DNA of 64,000 bases from Naegleria gruberi. Taxonomy: Eukaryota. Below, piece after piece: positions 22,524 through 34,031 of the stretch. The notes beneath the pieces are model-generated. The model saw only the letters and a list, made by a program, of their open reading frames with translations, did no database searches and was not told where the DNA came from. Made by a program: the position numbers and the translations under genes. How positions within the stretch are numbered: the stretch's first letter is position 1; each line of letters starts with the position of its first letter. The stretch lies in NCBI GenBank assembly GCA_000004985.1, contig GG738902.1. The stretch is one strand, 5' to 3'.

Positions 22524-24132
22524 TTACAATTTATTCTCAAAAACAAACATATTCTCACCTGTCTTATATTGAACAGATGGCAAAATGGTAGTTTGAACAA
22601 AGTGACTTCTACTTTCCCATAAATCAAGGAATACACGATATTTGAGAGTTTGTTCTAAATAATCAACTCCAGAACTGCCACCAGTTCCAACACGAGTTCC
22701 AATCATTCTCTCAACCATACGAACGTGACGAGTTCTCCACATCAATAGAGCTTCTTCCAAAGCAACTAATTTATCCAATAAATTGGCATAGTCCCACAAC
22801 ATGTGATGATGTCTGTAACTCATAATAAAGAGGAGTGCAGTACGACGTTTCTTAATACGTTCAATCTTTTCATTCACTGATCTCTTCATTGGTTTTTCTT
22901 CTTCTTCAGCAGCAGGAGTATTACTTTCAGAGCTAGCTCCAGTAACTGGACATTTTTCTTCAGTAGTGACATTTTCTTGTTGAGCAAAGAATGGACAACC
23001 TCTTGTGGATGGTTTCTTAAATTTGAATTGTTGTCTTCCCTTAATATGAGTTTCAGTATCCTCAATATGAATCCATTGCTTGGCAGGTTTCATTTCTCTT
23101 TCAATTTGTTCTTGAATAGTTTGCATCTCAGTTTCTGGATTAAACCATCGACATTTTTGGAACATTAAATGATCCTTCTTTCTTTCCAAAAAGATTTGAA
23201 TGAATTGATTTGCAGGAATCTTTGGATAAACAACTTCTTCTAACCATCGATAAACCAACTTTCTAACAGACATTTCAGATTGTCTTTGTTTCAATCTCTT
23301 CATACCAATCAAATCATGTTGTAAATCTTCTTCAAAACTATTTCTACTTCCCATATTTCTGTTACAATCTCTCAATCCAAGCATGACTTCCAATTCACGC
23401 ATTTGAATAGATTGGAAACCACTTGCTGGTCCAATTACTGAACGATATTCCAAAAAGTCAGCTGGATGCATGGTTTCTAAAATGTCAAAAGTTCCCAAAG
23501 TGTAACGAAGAATTTGATCAGCTCTATTTAATCTGTGAACAAGAATTTGAGTTTGTTCAACTGTCAAATCAACATCTTCATTGGAATGACTGGTTGCATA
23601 ATTAACTACCTTTCTCAAAACAGTTTGAACAGAATCCAATTCGAATAATATTTGTTTAAACCATAATTCGAAACTTTGATGAACAACAATGAATAAATGT
23701 TCATCTATTTTAAATTATTTACCACCAAACATCAACCATTATCATGACGATCACATTAATTTTTACATTTCCGATAATATTTAAAAATTCTATTCGAAAC
23801 CAAATAACAAACACTCTCAACTTACCATGATGATTCAATCCACCCTTACAATCACCATTTTGCAATTTCAACAACTCATCAGTCATAATATAATTATTAT
23901 AAGTAACAATAACTTTCTTTGCATTTTCCAATGGATGCAATCCATGCAATTCTTCATACGAAATTGAATGATCGGAGGAGGAGGATGAGGATTTTGAACG
24001 TTCTTGACCAATTTGTGAATTGTTGGATGAGAGAGGATGGGAAGGAGGTGGAGAAGAGGTGGTGGAAGAACCGTTGATTGGTTGTGTTTCTTCAAAGTGT
24101 GGTGGAGTGATTGGATGAGTGTGGGAATCCAT
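22524..24132 (-). CDS. Tryptophan 2,3-dioxygenase, two exons: complement(join(22524..23704,23826..24132)), about 495 aa
   Basis: Exon 1 encodes a Ser-rich N-terminal extension and then YNNYIMTDELLKLQ...GLNHH. A 121-nt GTAAG...AG intron follows. Exon 2 starts [20 protein letters not shown], which matches TDO [20 protein letters not shown]. Downstream are ILETM...GPASGFQSIQMR and the TGGSSGVDYL...YRVFLDLW signature. Confidence 0.85.
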
Positions 24133-24752
24133 TGTTGACAGTTGGCTGGTGATGTGAAATTAAAATATTTTTTTTATATTCGAAAGTGGATTTGAGGTGA
24201 AATGGGTTTTACAATGTGCTGAGTTGGACATTTATGGGCAAATGGAGAAAAACTCCTTTTACTGTTTGTCAACCGAATGATTGAAATCAAAAATTATGTA
24301 AAAATTTTTAAAAACGAAATTTAAAAGATGAAATTGCAGGAACCAAAGTTGGGGAGCATTCATTTATTCACATAAACAATCGCATCAAGTTGCAGTACAG
24401 TTCCTTGAAATTCTATGAGTCCATACGTTTCGAATAATTATTCTATTCTTCGGTCCAACGAAATTGTGGTTTCTAAAATTGAAATTTTTGAAATTGAAAC
24501 TTCGTATTTTGGCCATGTTTAAAAATCGTGACATGCGCACTCTTTCAATAAGAATATTTCACTAACAAGATTAGTCTACACTATTAGAATCTATCCAATA
24601 GGGTGCATTGCATTCTGCTGGAGTAGTTGGAGATCATTGTTGGATTCGAACGAGATTTCTCAATCAATTGCAGCAATTATCCAATTGTGGAAGTTTCCAA
24701 AAAGATTATTCTTTGAATATCCAACGAAACCAAACGAAACTAGATAGAAAAA

Positions 24753-26513
24753 ATGTCCTCAAACCTATTTTCACAACCATTCATGCCTCTGAGTGGTACA
24801 TCCTCTAATGTATCCCAATCAGTTGCATCATCTTCAGCACCAACTTTGAAAAAAAGACGAAACTCTGCAATTATGCAACATTTCGAATTGGAAAAGGAGA
24901 ATTTAGAAGAAAGTATAACTGGCAACAATAGTGGTCCTTCTTCAAAGTTTAGATCTTCATTCAATTTTACAAATCCCAATGAAAAAGCTAAACCAAATTT
25001 GGGTAAGAGAAGAGCTTCCCTTCCAGAAGATAAGATTTGCCTTCAGTTGGAAGATATCGTAGAAGCACCTGGACATTTCATGACTAGTGATCCGATATTC
25101 GATATTTTCAAGAAGATTTCTCAATACATGACAGATAAGGATTGTTTCGAATCGTCACTTTCGTTAGCTTGTTCAAGTGCTAGAGAAGCTGTTTTGCAAA
25201 CACATTTCCTTGGAAAACCTTCGATTATTAATAATTATTTGAAGAATTGGATTGTTTCGTAAGTAGTTTGTTAGAATTTAATATTCGAAAGTTTACAATA
25301 TAGAAAAACATATCAAGATCATTCAAGAAAGGAATTGCCAGAACTTGTTCTTAGATTTAACAATGCGTTGTTTGTTCATATGAATCCAATTCTATTAGTA
25401 TTGTGTGCACAACATGGGTAAGTAGTTTACAACAATTTTTTGGTCAACCACCAATTTATTGTAAACCAAAATTGATCAATCCTCAGCTGTGAAGCCATTC
25501 TATTCGATACAATCAACCATCCCTTCCTCACATTTTCCCTCTTCCGTCAATTGAGCACTCATGACATTGGAGAGTTGATGCAATTCACAGATATGAAATT
25601 TTACAGCATCTTCCATCCACTTGATTTATTCTCAATTCTGTTGTGTGAATCTGTGAATTGTAACTTTTACAATTTGGCCACAACTTTACATAATAATCAC
25701 TTGGTGAATGCTACTTGTCCACTTCATGCTAAGGAAAAGGTTTCCAAGCTTGAGATTATGCTGGAAATTGCATTAGAAAGAGATTTGCCGAAAGCATACT
25801 TCTTCCTGTTGGAGAAACTGGTCGAAATGAAGAGATTGTACATTGAAGAATTGACAGATACCTACAATCGATTGAGTCAATCTCTAGATTCGAATCCAAT
25901 TCGTGAATTAGTTGAAGGTGAAGATGCGTCAAATGTTGGCTGGGTTCCAATCTTTGAAGAAGAAGAACAGGAAATGGAATGGAGTGTCGAGAAGAAACTA
26001 GTCCAACGCTATTTCCACACCAAATTCAAACACTTTGTCTTGGATTGTCCACGAATTTTCTATGAAGGATTTTTGGGCAGTGGAAAAGTTGATGAGCACA
26101 TCTTGCAAGTTCTCAAGAGATTTGTTGGACATTGCTCGACCATTCCAGAGAGGGAGTTTATTGTAGAGAAGTTTGTTTTGGCACTTGTTAGAAATTTGGA
26201 TAAGGATCTTCCATATGTGATTGATTGTTTGTCTGAGCATGTGAATGAGTTTTCGTATGGTTTCTCCAGAGCTGTATTTGGTAATGAAGGTGTTGTAAAG
26301 AATGGCATTCTCAAATCAGTTCATATCTTTAAAACAATTGGTCATCTATTAGAAAGAGAGAAGAATGAGAAGGAAAACAATTCACAAGACTATATATTTA
26401 GTATTGATCAATTGAAAAGAATTTTCGAGGAGATGGAATTCAGACACAACTTTATGGCCCTTGACAACTTTAGAAAGAAACTTCTCTCCTATAGAGATAA
26501 GGATTTAGTTTAA
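24753..26513 (+). CDS. Hypothetical protein, at least 3 exons
   Basis: ORF 24753..25262 ends at a GTAAGT donor and there is a second GTAAGT at about 25418. Acceptors precede an exon at about 25308-25417 and the 320-aa ORF at 25551..26513. No recognisable domain. Confidence 0.45.
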
Positions 26514-26636
26514 TGAAGTGTCGTCCTTGAATAAGATAATAAAAGCATACCTATTGTTCAGTAGTAAAATTATTGAGTCATCCTTTTATCAAGAGAAATT
26601 ACTGGCAAATTGGTGAAATGAAACTTTATATGTACA

Positions 26637-28064
26637 TTATTTTGTAACAGCCTTCTTCTTAATGAAGAACTGTTTGAGCCAAAGTGAGAATAATTGTTCA
26701 TTATCCTTTCCATCCTTAAATTTCATAATCCATGGATGAGTCAGTAATTCTTCAGCGAAAGGTCTCTTATCCTTAGTTGGTTCACAACACTTCAATATAA
26801 AGTCCTTAAATTCTGCACTCAGTTTCTTTTCTGGTTTTAGTGTGGCATCATAATTATTCAATATTTGTAACAGTTCATTCTGGATATTTTCCAATTTATC
26901 TACAATATCAAAATGTGAGAGAGTTGTTAGTGTGCTTAGAGGGTGAACACCAGTCATTAATTCAATAGTTAATACACCCAAACTCCAAATATCAGAATTA
27001 TAATTGTAGGAATACCCTTGTAATCTTTCGGGTGAAAGGTAAATTTTGGTACCATTCACAGTACTAAACATTGTTTTTCCAATATCCTTGTTAGATTCCT
27101 TCTTGTGACCGCAAAGACCAAAATCTCCAATTTTAACTTCAGCTTTTTGTGTATTTTGATCATAGTCCACTAAAATATTCTCAGGTTTAATGTCTCTGTG
27201 AACAATATGTTTTTCCTTTTGCAAATATTGGAGACCCTTCAAAATTTTCTCTACAATTACAGACATCATTCTTTCAGTTGTTCCTTCTGTTACTTTGAAC
27301 ACATCTTTCAAACTTCCACAATTGCAATAATCAAGCAACATGTAAAAACACAAATCTTTGAAATAGCAATTGTACACTTTGAGTAGATTAGGATGATCAC
27401 TTTCGTAAATGGCCTTAAACTCTGCCCATATAAGTTTGTTTTGATCAGATTCATCATCACCAAATGGATTTTCTCCCTTCTTTTCTCTAATAGTTTTCAG
27501 AGCAAACTTTTGACCAGTTTGTTTATGCTTTGCGAGTACTACAGTTCCAAAACTACCACTTCCCAAAGTACCCAACTTGAAACATTCCAAATCATCATAT
27601 GGGATATTCATTTGTTTTTTAGCTTCGTTAGATGTATCATCATCATTAAAGATGAGACCATTAGGACCAATATAATATGATTGTGTTTCTCCGAATGAAG
27701 ATCCCTTTACTAACAAATTCCATCATGTAATTTCATCATTAATTCATAAAAATTCATTTAAATTCCATATTTGATTTGAATTAATTATTCATCTACCAAT
27801 AATTAAAAACTTACATGCTTTACTACCACTCACTGGCGTAGTCAAATCCAAATGAGTTTCGACTCTCAAAATCAAATTCGAGACAAAATTTGTATTTCTA
27901 AATCCAGTTGCTGGTTTATGAGCAGCAACAACTGGTGCTTTTTCCTCCTCATCATCACTATCACATCTGAAATTATCCAATCCGTAGGCAATCATTGGTT
28001 TACCCAACGGTTGTTGTTTTTGTTCTTGTTGATCGCCAAATGTTGAATCATCAAAGGCAGACAT
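26637..28064 (-). CDS. MAP kinase kinase (MEK)-like dual-specificity protein kinase, two exons: complement(join(26637..27709,27815..28064)), about 440 aa
   Basis: Kinase motifs GTLGSGSFGTV, HRDIKPENILV and DFG are present. The activation segment YLSPERLQGYSYNYNSDIWSLG matches MEK1 [22 protein letters not shown]. A 105-nt GTAAGT...TTAG intron at 27710-27814 joins an 83-aa N-terminal exon in frame. Confidence 0.8.
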
Positions 28065-28501
28065 TTTTTTCTACTTGTTTTGTTGTTTGTGTTTGTGATG
28101 ATGAATTACAGTTTGTTTTGAGCCTATTGGAGCGGTTTTGTTTCCTATATTATCAGGTTCATCATCAGTGAAATTCGTGCATGTTTTTGAGATGCGAATC
28201 AAGAGTTTTGTTAGCTAATTGCTGTTTTTATATGTTAGGACGTATTTGTGCTTGTTGGATTTTTAAATGTGATGATTGAAAAACAAAATAGTTTGTTATA
28301 TTATACGTTGTAAAAATTCTATTCTTCTTCTTTTCAATAATAATAATTGATGATGATCAAGTCCGTTCATAATACTACTTCCATGTTCATTCAATCGGAA
28401 GATCAATTATTTAAAAAAATAGATTGACGTTAATAATACTACTTTAACTATTTAAAAAACAACAATAACACTCCAATATTGGCCAATACAGCAATTTTTA
28501 A

Positions 28502-29131
28502 ATGGGAATGAGTTATTCACAATCAGTTAGAGAATTAATAAAACAAGTCGAATCGGAGGATGCTATCATTGTTGATGATCATAGTAAGCTTCCACCTGCA
28601 CTTGTACAACATTCGGATGTTGAGTGGATGAAGATTCTCACCTCTAAACAATATGAAGTGTTGAGAAGGGCTGGAACAGAGCCTAGTTTCTGCTCTGGAT
28701 ACAAGGTTTTCAAAGATCAATTGAAGGAAAACAATCAGGAGGAGGGAGTTTTTCATTGTTCGGGATGTGATGCTCCTCTTTTCTCTGCTAAAACAAGTTT
28801 TGATTCTGGTAAGTGTTTTATTAACAATTCTGTGTAATTTATTTCATACATCAATGATTCAATTATTTGTCAATTTGAATTTATTGGAATGCATTCGTCC
28901 ATTATTTGGAATGAATTTTATAAAGGTTCTGGTTGGCCATCATTCTGGGCTCCTTTTAAGCCAAAAGCCATTGGATATGTAGTCGATAAAAAGTTTGGAA
29001 TGGAACGTGTTGAAGTTGTTTGTACAAATTGTCACTCTCATTTGGGTCACGTATTTGAGGATGGACCTCGTGATAAAACCAAATTGAGATATTGCATCAA
29101 TGCTGTTTGCCTTGCTTTGAAGAAATTGTAA
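28502..29131 (+). CDS. Methionine-R-sulfoxide reductase B (MsrB/SelR, Cys-type), two exons: join(28502..28808,28926..29131)
   Basis: It carries zinc-binding CxxC pairs (CSGC, CTNC), the conserved FDSG|SGWPSFW junction across a 117-nt GTAAGT...AG intron, and HLGHVF...RYCIN with a catalytic Cys rather than an in-frame TGA. Confidence 0.85.
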
Positions 29132-29179
29132 ATTAATAATATTTCCAAAATTGTAAATATGATTTTTGTGAAATGATTT

Positions 29180-29971
29180 TTATTGTGCAACGGTGTAATA
29201 TTTAACCTTTCGTTTTATTTTCTTTTCTTCCTGTCGTTTGGACTTTTGGTCATGGAGACTTTTACTCCTAGCATTTGCAGTTGATTCTGCTGGTTCTTGT
29301 GGTGGTATTACATAAATAGGAAGTGATTTGGTGCCATGATTATGAAAAGCTCCACCCAAATTGATTGCAATTTTGGGAGATGGTTCTGCTTGAGGATAGG
29401 AAATGGAAGGTGGTGTTAAATTTAATACAGGCAAAGTGTTTCTCTTAAATCTTAATACCGATTTGTTTGGTAAATTACCTCCATTCGAGAGGAATATTAA
29501 ATTCTTATTCGAGCTGGACCTCAGTTTTCTAGTGAGAGGTGAGAATTGTTCAAGGTTTCCAGAGGAGGACATATCTTTCATGGAACTGTAAATCTTAGAT
29601 TGTTTTTCGAGTGTGATTGTTGTATTCGAAGAAGAAGAGGAAGATGAGGAGGAAGATGATGATGATGAGGATGAAGTAGATGGCCTATAAAAACTCAAAG
29701 ACTCTTCACCCATGTGTGAGGTAATATCTACACTTGGCAAGGACCTTGCTGATGAGGAGTATCTTGTTACACTCTTTCCACGTCTGAACATGGCATCATT
29801 GAGGGAATGATGTTTTCTGTAAATATCTTGTACTTTCTTTCTTCTCTCCTGAGAAAGAACTCGTTTGCAGAGAGGACAAAATTTGTGCTTGTGAATGGCA
29901 CTGGTGCTATAGGATAAATGTTCCAACTCGCAGGAACACTCTGTTATGAAGGAGGACTGGCTAAGACCCAT
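29180..29971 (-). CDS. Hypothetical Ser-rich protein with an N-myristoylation-type start (MGLSQS) and an (S)17 tract
   Basis: A 263-aa ORF. The pattern MGxxxS, the CxxC...CPLC cysteines and the long poly-Ser encoded by mixed TCN/AGY codons are consistent with coding. There is no recognisable catalytic domain. Confidence 0.5.
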   Translation of the reverse strand: MGLSQSSFITECSCELEHLSYSTSAIHKHKFCPLCKRVLSQERRKKVQDIYRKHHSLNDAMFRRGKSVTRYSSSARSLPSVDITSHMGEESLSFYRPSTSSSSSSSSSSSSSSSSNTTITLEKQSKIYSSMKDMSSSGNLEQFSPLTRKLRSSSNKNLIFLSNGGNLPNKSVLRFKRNTLPVLNLTPPSISYPQAEPSPKIAINLGGAFHNHGTKSLPIYVIPPQEPAESTANARSKSLHDQKSKRQEEKKIKRKVKYYTVAQ

Positions 29972-30467
29972 GTTAAATATATAATGTTTAATGATGAAAA
30001 GTAAGGCGGAATTATTTAAGGATTCTCATACGAGGGTTATTGTTGAAGTGTATGTACAGCAGCAATTATATAACTTGATATTTTGAGAGAGTATTGCTGA
30101 AACTTGTGAAGTTTGTTTTTTTTTGTGTTGTGAAAAAGCAAGGTCTGTTGGTGTTGATTTTATATTGTTCGATGAAATTTCGCGTAGTTGAAGTTTCCTT
30201 TCATCACTTCGCTTAAGGAGGGTCGCTTTTATACATTTTAGCACACTACCTGATAAGGTGGTGGTCTCTTCTTTTATGCAATCCATGCATGGAGTTGTGT
30301 GCAATAAGGTTCCCCTTCAATTTACAATTACCTTAATATGTATCTAAAGGACGTCTGTCCACTCACAAGATTCAATTTCTGTGTGGATAATAACTCGAAA
30401 TGGTATTAAGGATTCTTGAATATGCGGTTTACCTTAATAACAAGGTTAATGCCTGATTCTTAGAAAT

Positions 30468-32462
30468 TTAGAACTGTCGGTAGTGGGAACTGTTGGTGGT
30501 TTTGGGTTTTGCTAAACGGATGATAGCACATACTATGAGGGATATAAGTAAACAAAAGAGGAAAGCGAGCAACAAACTGCCAATCACCACTGGTGCTATT
30601 ATCCAATTAAGATTCTCCTCAATGCATTTTGATGGCGTTACTGGCTGCCCAACAGACACCTTATATCCTGCATTGCACTGCGAGATGATACAACTATCGA
30701 GCAGGAATCCGTCAATGCATTTCCTTACTGAATTACCGTTCTCAGTTGGACAAGACTTATCTGAATTACATTCATTACCACTGGTTGATCTTTGGCCAGT
30801 GAGAGTATACATTGTATTTGATGATAAATCTAGAATGGATCCAGTCATTGAGGAAAGGAGACAGTTTCCATCTCCTGATGAGGATCCTTCTTTAAGAACA
30901 ACGTTGAAGGTGGCTGTCTTGTCATCAATTTGCATAGATCCTTTCCACTTATCTCCAAAGTATGTACCATTCATATTGAATCTGGTTGAGTAAGCTTGCC
31001 AATTGTATGACTCTCTAATGAATACTGTTTCAACACTTGTCTTGTTATAGGAATCTTTGAGAGTGATGGACCAAGTACCAATGATATAACAATTGAGTCC
31101 AAGGTAATACTTGATAGCCTGATGTGAATCAATATTCTTCAAAATACCATTGTGTGAATATGGGAATGAGAGTCTTTGGGTTGCTTCGAAACCATCTGCT
31201 TCCACAGATTGATAAGTGGCCAATCCATCACCAGAAATGTAGTCATCCATGGCATAGAAAATATTACTAAAGTTGGAAATTACTACATTACTGTTGGCAT
31301 CAACAGAAATGCCTTCACCTTTGAGAATGATAGAAATTGGAGTTGGTTTATCCATGCCAATAATGTTGTAGAAATAGCTTGGCTGATCGAGTTTTGAAGA
31401 ATCATAGATTTGTTTGATAATATTGTTGGAAGCTTTCGATGTGTAAATATCATCTCTGAATGGAATAACTCGTGACTTGGCATTATTTTCACCATAGTAT
31501 ACAGTATTTTCTTTCAGGAAAGATTTCAAACCTTGAATCACTTGATCTTCAGTTACTGAAACTCCATTAATTACAATTCTTGGAGTGAGAGAACCTCCAA
31601 CATTCTTTGCCTTGTTGCTGAGTGCCATTCTTTCATAATGTGCAATAGAACCTAACGAAACATCTCTCACAGCCAAAGCATCCAACTTGATATTATTCAA
31701 ATTTCCTCCAAAAAGTGATGAAGCAATCCAATCTCTTCCTGTTCCTTGCCAGGGAGTGGCAAAACTAATGTGAACATTGACAGACTTGTAAAGTTCACGG
31801 TTAACAACATATGCTGTTTTTGAGACGTAGCCTCCCATACTGTGAGAAATGAGATTGACCTTGTTCGCCTTGGTTAGAGTCTTAATATTTGCAATATAAG
31901 TTGACAATTTGAATGCTGAGTTAATGATAGAATCTCTCCAATCATATGGAAATGCAAACAAAGTCACTCCTTCCTCATATCCAATTGACTTTAAATATTC
32001 AATCAGTTCATGAAAATAGTATCTCTTCGGACCAACTCCATTATCAGAATCTGGATTTAAATTATCAACAGCATAGAGACCAGATCTTTGCATTGGTGAC
32101 ACAATATTCCATCCATTCTCCTTGGCAGCAAATGAATCCATTTCCACATCACCCACAATCGAACTAGACATCATTTTCATGCCAAATGTCGAATCAGGAT
32201 AAGTTTCATATAAATTTCTCACAATTTTCCCCGGGTTTGCTATTTCTTCAACGGATAACATTGAAGCTGCATATCCAGGAATTAATATAATTGGCAATCT
32301 ATAATTGTTATTACTAGTAGTAGCACCATTCAAAAAAACTCTCTTTAAATTATTTAAATTAATTGTAGGCTTTGATGATGACAGGGATGAAAATAAATTC
32401 ATCATGAAAAGTAATACTACTATCAATCCCCAATAATAATTAATTATTGTTGCTCTCTTCAT
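30468..32462 (-). CDS. LCAT/PDAT-family phospholipase (PF02450-like) with a C-terminal Cys-rich module and TM anchor
   Basis: An N-terminal signal peptide is followed by PIILIPGYAASML, AFPYDWRDS and the lipase GxSxG motif NLISHSMGGY (matching LCAT PYDWR and IGHSLG). A C-terminal cysteine cluster (CNSDKSCP...CIDGFLLDSCIISQCNAGYKV) and a hydrophobic helix IAPVVIGSLLLAFLFCLLISLIV follow. Confidence 0.7.
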   Translation of the reverse strand: MKRATIINYYWGLIVVLLFMMNLFSSLSSSKPTINLNNLKRVFLNGATTSNNNYRLPIILIPGYAASMLSVEEIANPGKIVRNLYETYPDSTFGMKMMSSSIVGDVEMDSFAAKENGWNIVSPMQRSGLYAVDNLNPDSDNGVGPKRYYFHELIEYLKSIGYEEGVTLFAFPYDWRDSIINSAFKLSTYIANIKTLTKANKVNLISHSMGGYVSKTAYVVNRELYKSVNVHISFATPWQGTGRDWIASSLFGGNLNNIKLDALAVRDVSLGSIAHYERMALSNKAKNVGGSLTPRIVINGVSVTEDQVIQGLKSFLKENTVYYGENNAKSRVIPFRDDIYTSKASNNIIKQIYDSSKLDQPSYFYNIIGMDKPTPISIILKGEGISVDANSNVVISNFSNIFYAMDDYISGDGLATYQSVEADGFEATQRLSFPYSHNGILKNIDSHQAIKYYLGLNCYIIGTWSITLKDSYNKTSVETVFIRESYNWQAYSTRFNMNGTYFGDKWKGSMQIDDKTATFNVVLKEGSSSGDGNCLLSSMTGSILDLSSNTMYTLTGQRSTSGNECNSDKSCPTENGNSVRKCIDGFLLDSCIISQCNAGYKVSVGQPVTPSKCIEENLNWIIAPVVIGSLLLAFLFCLLISLIVCAIIRLAKPKTTNSSHYRQF

Positions 32463-33039
32463 GTTGAATCACGGTAATGTGTTGTTGATTTATAAAATTA
32501 AAGCCTGTGATGATTCTTTTAATTTTCGCAAAATCAGAACAAAAAAGTTTTTAGATTTTTTTTTGAAATGTTTGGTGAATGAAAATTTCAACATGAAATT
32601 CAAAGATTGAATATAAATTGTAATCGTCCAATGATTACAAACAGTGTATTTTACCGGTAAAAGTGAATCTAAATGCTTCAAGTTTGAACTTGTGGAAGGT
32701 GGCTGGTTATTGATGTGGCTGCTGATTTGAGTCTATTTAAGGCTGTTGCTTATTGTTACAAATTTACTTAATCATATCTAATCTTCGTGAAGTGCATGTA
32801 TGCGTCCACAATGGTGGAGATAAGATTATAATGTGGCTGTACGAAATTAATCAGCACTAAATTTTTCAAGCGAAATTAACTAAGTGTTTGGTCCCTTAGA
32901 AGATAGGTCCGGCAAGAATGAGATATTTTGCGGAAACAATGATACACCAGCAAAATAGTGCCTTGTTAATTTCCTACAGATGCAAAATATATCTATCGAT
33001 TTAATTATTTGCTTCTATTGTGTCTTTCAAGTTATGCAT

Positions 33040-33786
33040 TTATAAATCCACTCCGATGATATTCTTTGTACATTTCATCAAGTCCTTATCAGAGGAAATA
33101 CATTGATAGAAATCAACATCTACTGAATCATAGTTGAAACATTTTTGAATTTGTTTTGCACACACGACGCTAGTAGTGCATGTTGAGAAGCTGACAATAT
33201 TGATTCGATCATCTCCAGCAATCCATTCTTCCAAGCTTCTTTCCTTGTCGCAATGACGGCTAACCATTTCAAACATTTGTTGAGCTATTTGAGGGTTGAG
33301 AGGATTCTTCTCATCCACATTGACAGTAGATCCAAACTTTTTCAAGCTCAATTCGGACAACTTGTTCCACTTGGCGAAAGCTTGCTTTGGGTTCATATGT
33401 AAAATCTGATCAATTCTACTTCCCATTTCTCCAATATTGTCTTGATTCTTTGTTAGGAATAAATCAATATTTCTACTTGGTTTTCTCAAGTCTCCATCAA
33501 ACAATTCTGAAATTTTCTGTTGTGCTTCATCATCACTCTTTGTTTTGTAAATTTCCTCAGTGACCTTATCAAGTTGAACCAAATCCAAATCCAAAACATC
33601 TTTCTTATTCACATTCGGAGTCTTGGATGTTTGCATTGGTGATCCCAATTCTCTGTTCATCAAATAGCACATGCAAGTATTATAGAGGGAAAGAATAACA
33701 GTGTGTTTTAAGGTATTTTGAGGTTCTTTCACGCGAACAGCTTCGGCCATGATTGCTTGCTTGTTGCATGGAAAATTCTTAATCAC
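33040..33786 (-). CDS. Hypothetical protein, 248 aa
   Basis: A long ORF with no recognisable domain. Confidence 0.4.
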   Translation of the reverse strand: MIKNFPCNKQAIMAEAVRVKEPQNTLKHTVILSLYNTCMCYLMNRELGSPMQTSKTPNVNKKDVLDLDLVQLDKVTEEIYKTKSDDEAQQKISELFDGDLRKPSRNIDLFLTKNQDNIGEMGSRIDQILHMNPKQAFAKWNKLSELSLKKFGSTVNVDEKNPLNPQIAQQMFEMVSRHCDKERSLEEWIAGDDRINIVSFSTCTTSVVCAKQIQKCFNYDSVDVDFYQCISSDKDLMKCTKNIIGVDL

Positions 33787-34031
33787 TGTGGCGTTCAGTT
33801 TTTTAAAGTGAATACGTGGAATGAAAGTGTCGGAAGGCTTAAACTAATCAAACATTTTTTATTAAGTTGAAATTTGAAAAACCTTAAAAAATTTACGTTC
33901 ACCGTTAGTACTAATTACTACAATTAGTCGTTTTGTAAACTCTAAAGTGACCAATTTTCAAGGAAAAGAATTCAGTAAACCATCCACTGGAAGAAGATAG
34001 TTCGGAAAAATATTAAAACTTTACAAAAAAA

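Noticed and set aside
24636-24656. GGATTCGAAC on the plus strand (the reverse complement of a tRNA T-loop GTTCGAATCC), considered as a minus-strand tRNA
   Set aside because: The flanking sequence cannot form a T-stem or an acceptor stem and no D-arm or anticodon arm could be drawn. It is most likely a chance match in the TDO promoter region.
32690-32960. A relatively GC-rich 270-bp stretch with a TTCGTGAAG 9-mer reminiscent of the U6 snRNA 3' region, considered as an snRNA or ncRNA gene
   Set aside because: Only 9 nt match U6, the ACAGAGA and AGC boxes are absent, and no convincing secondary structure was found. It remains unannotated intergenic DNA.
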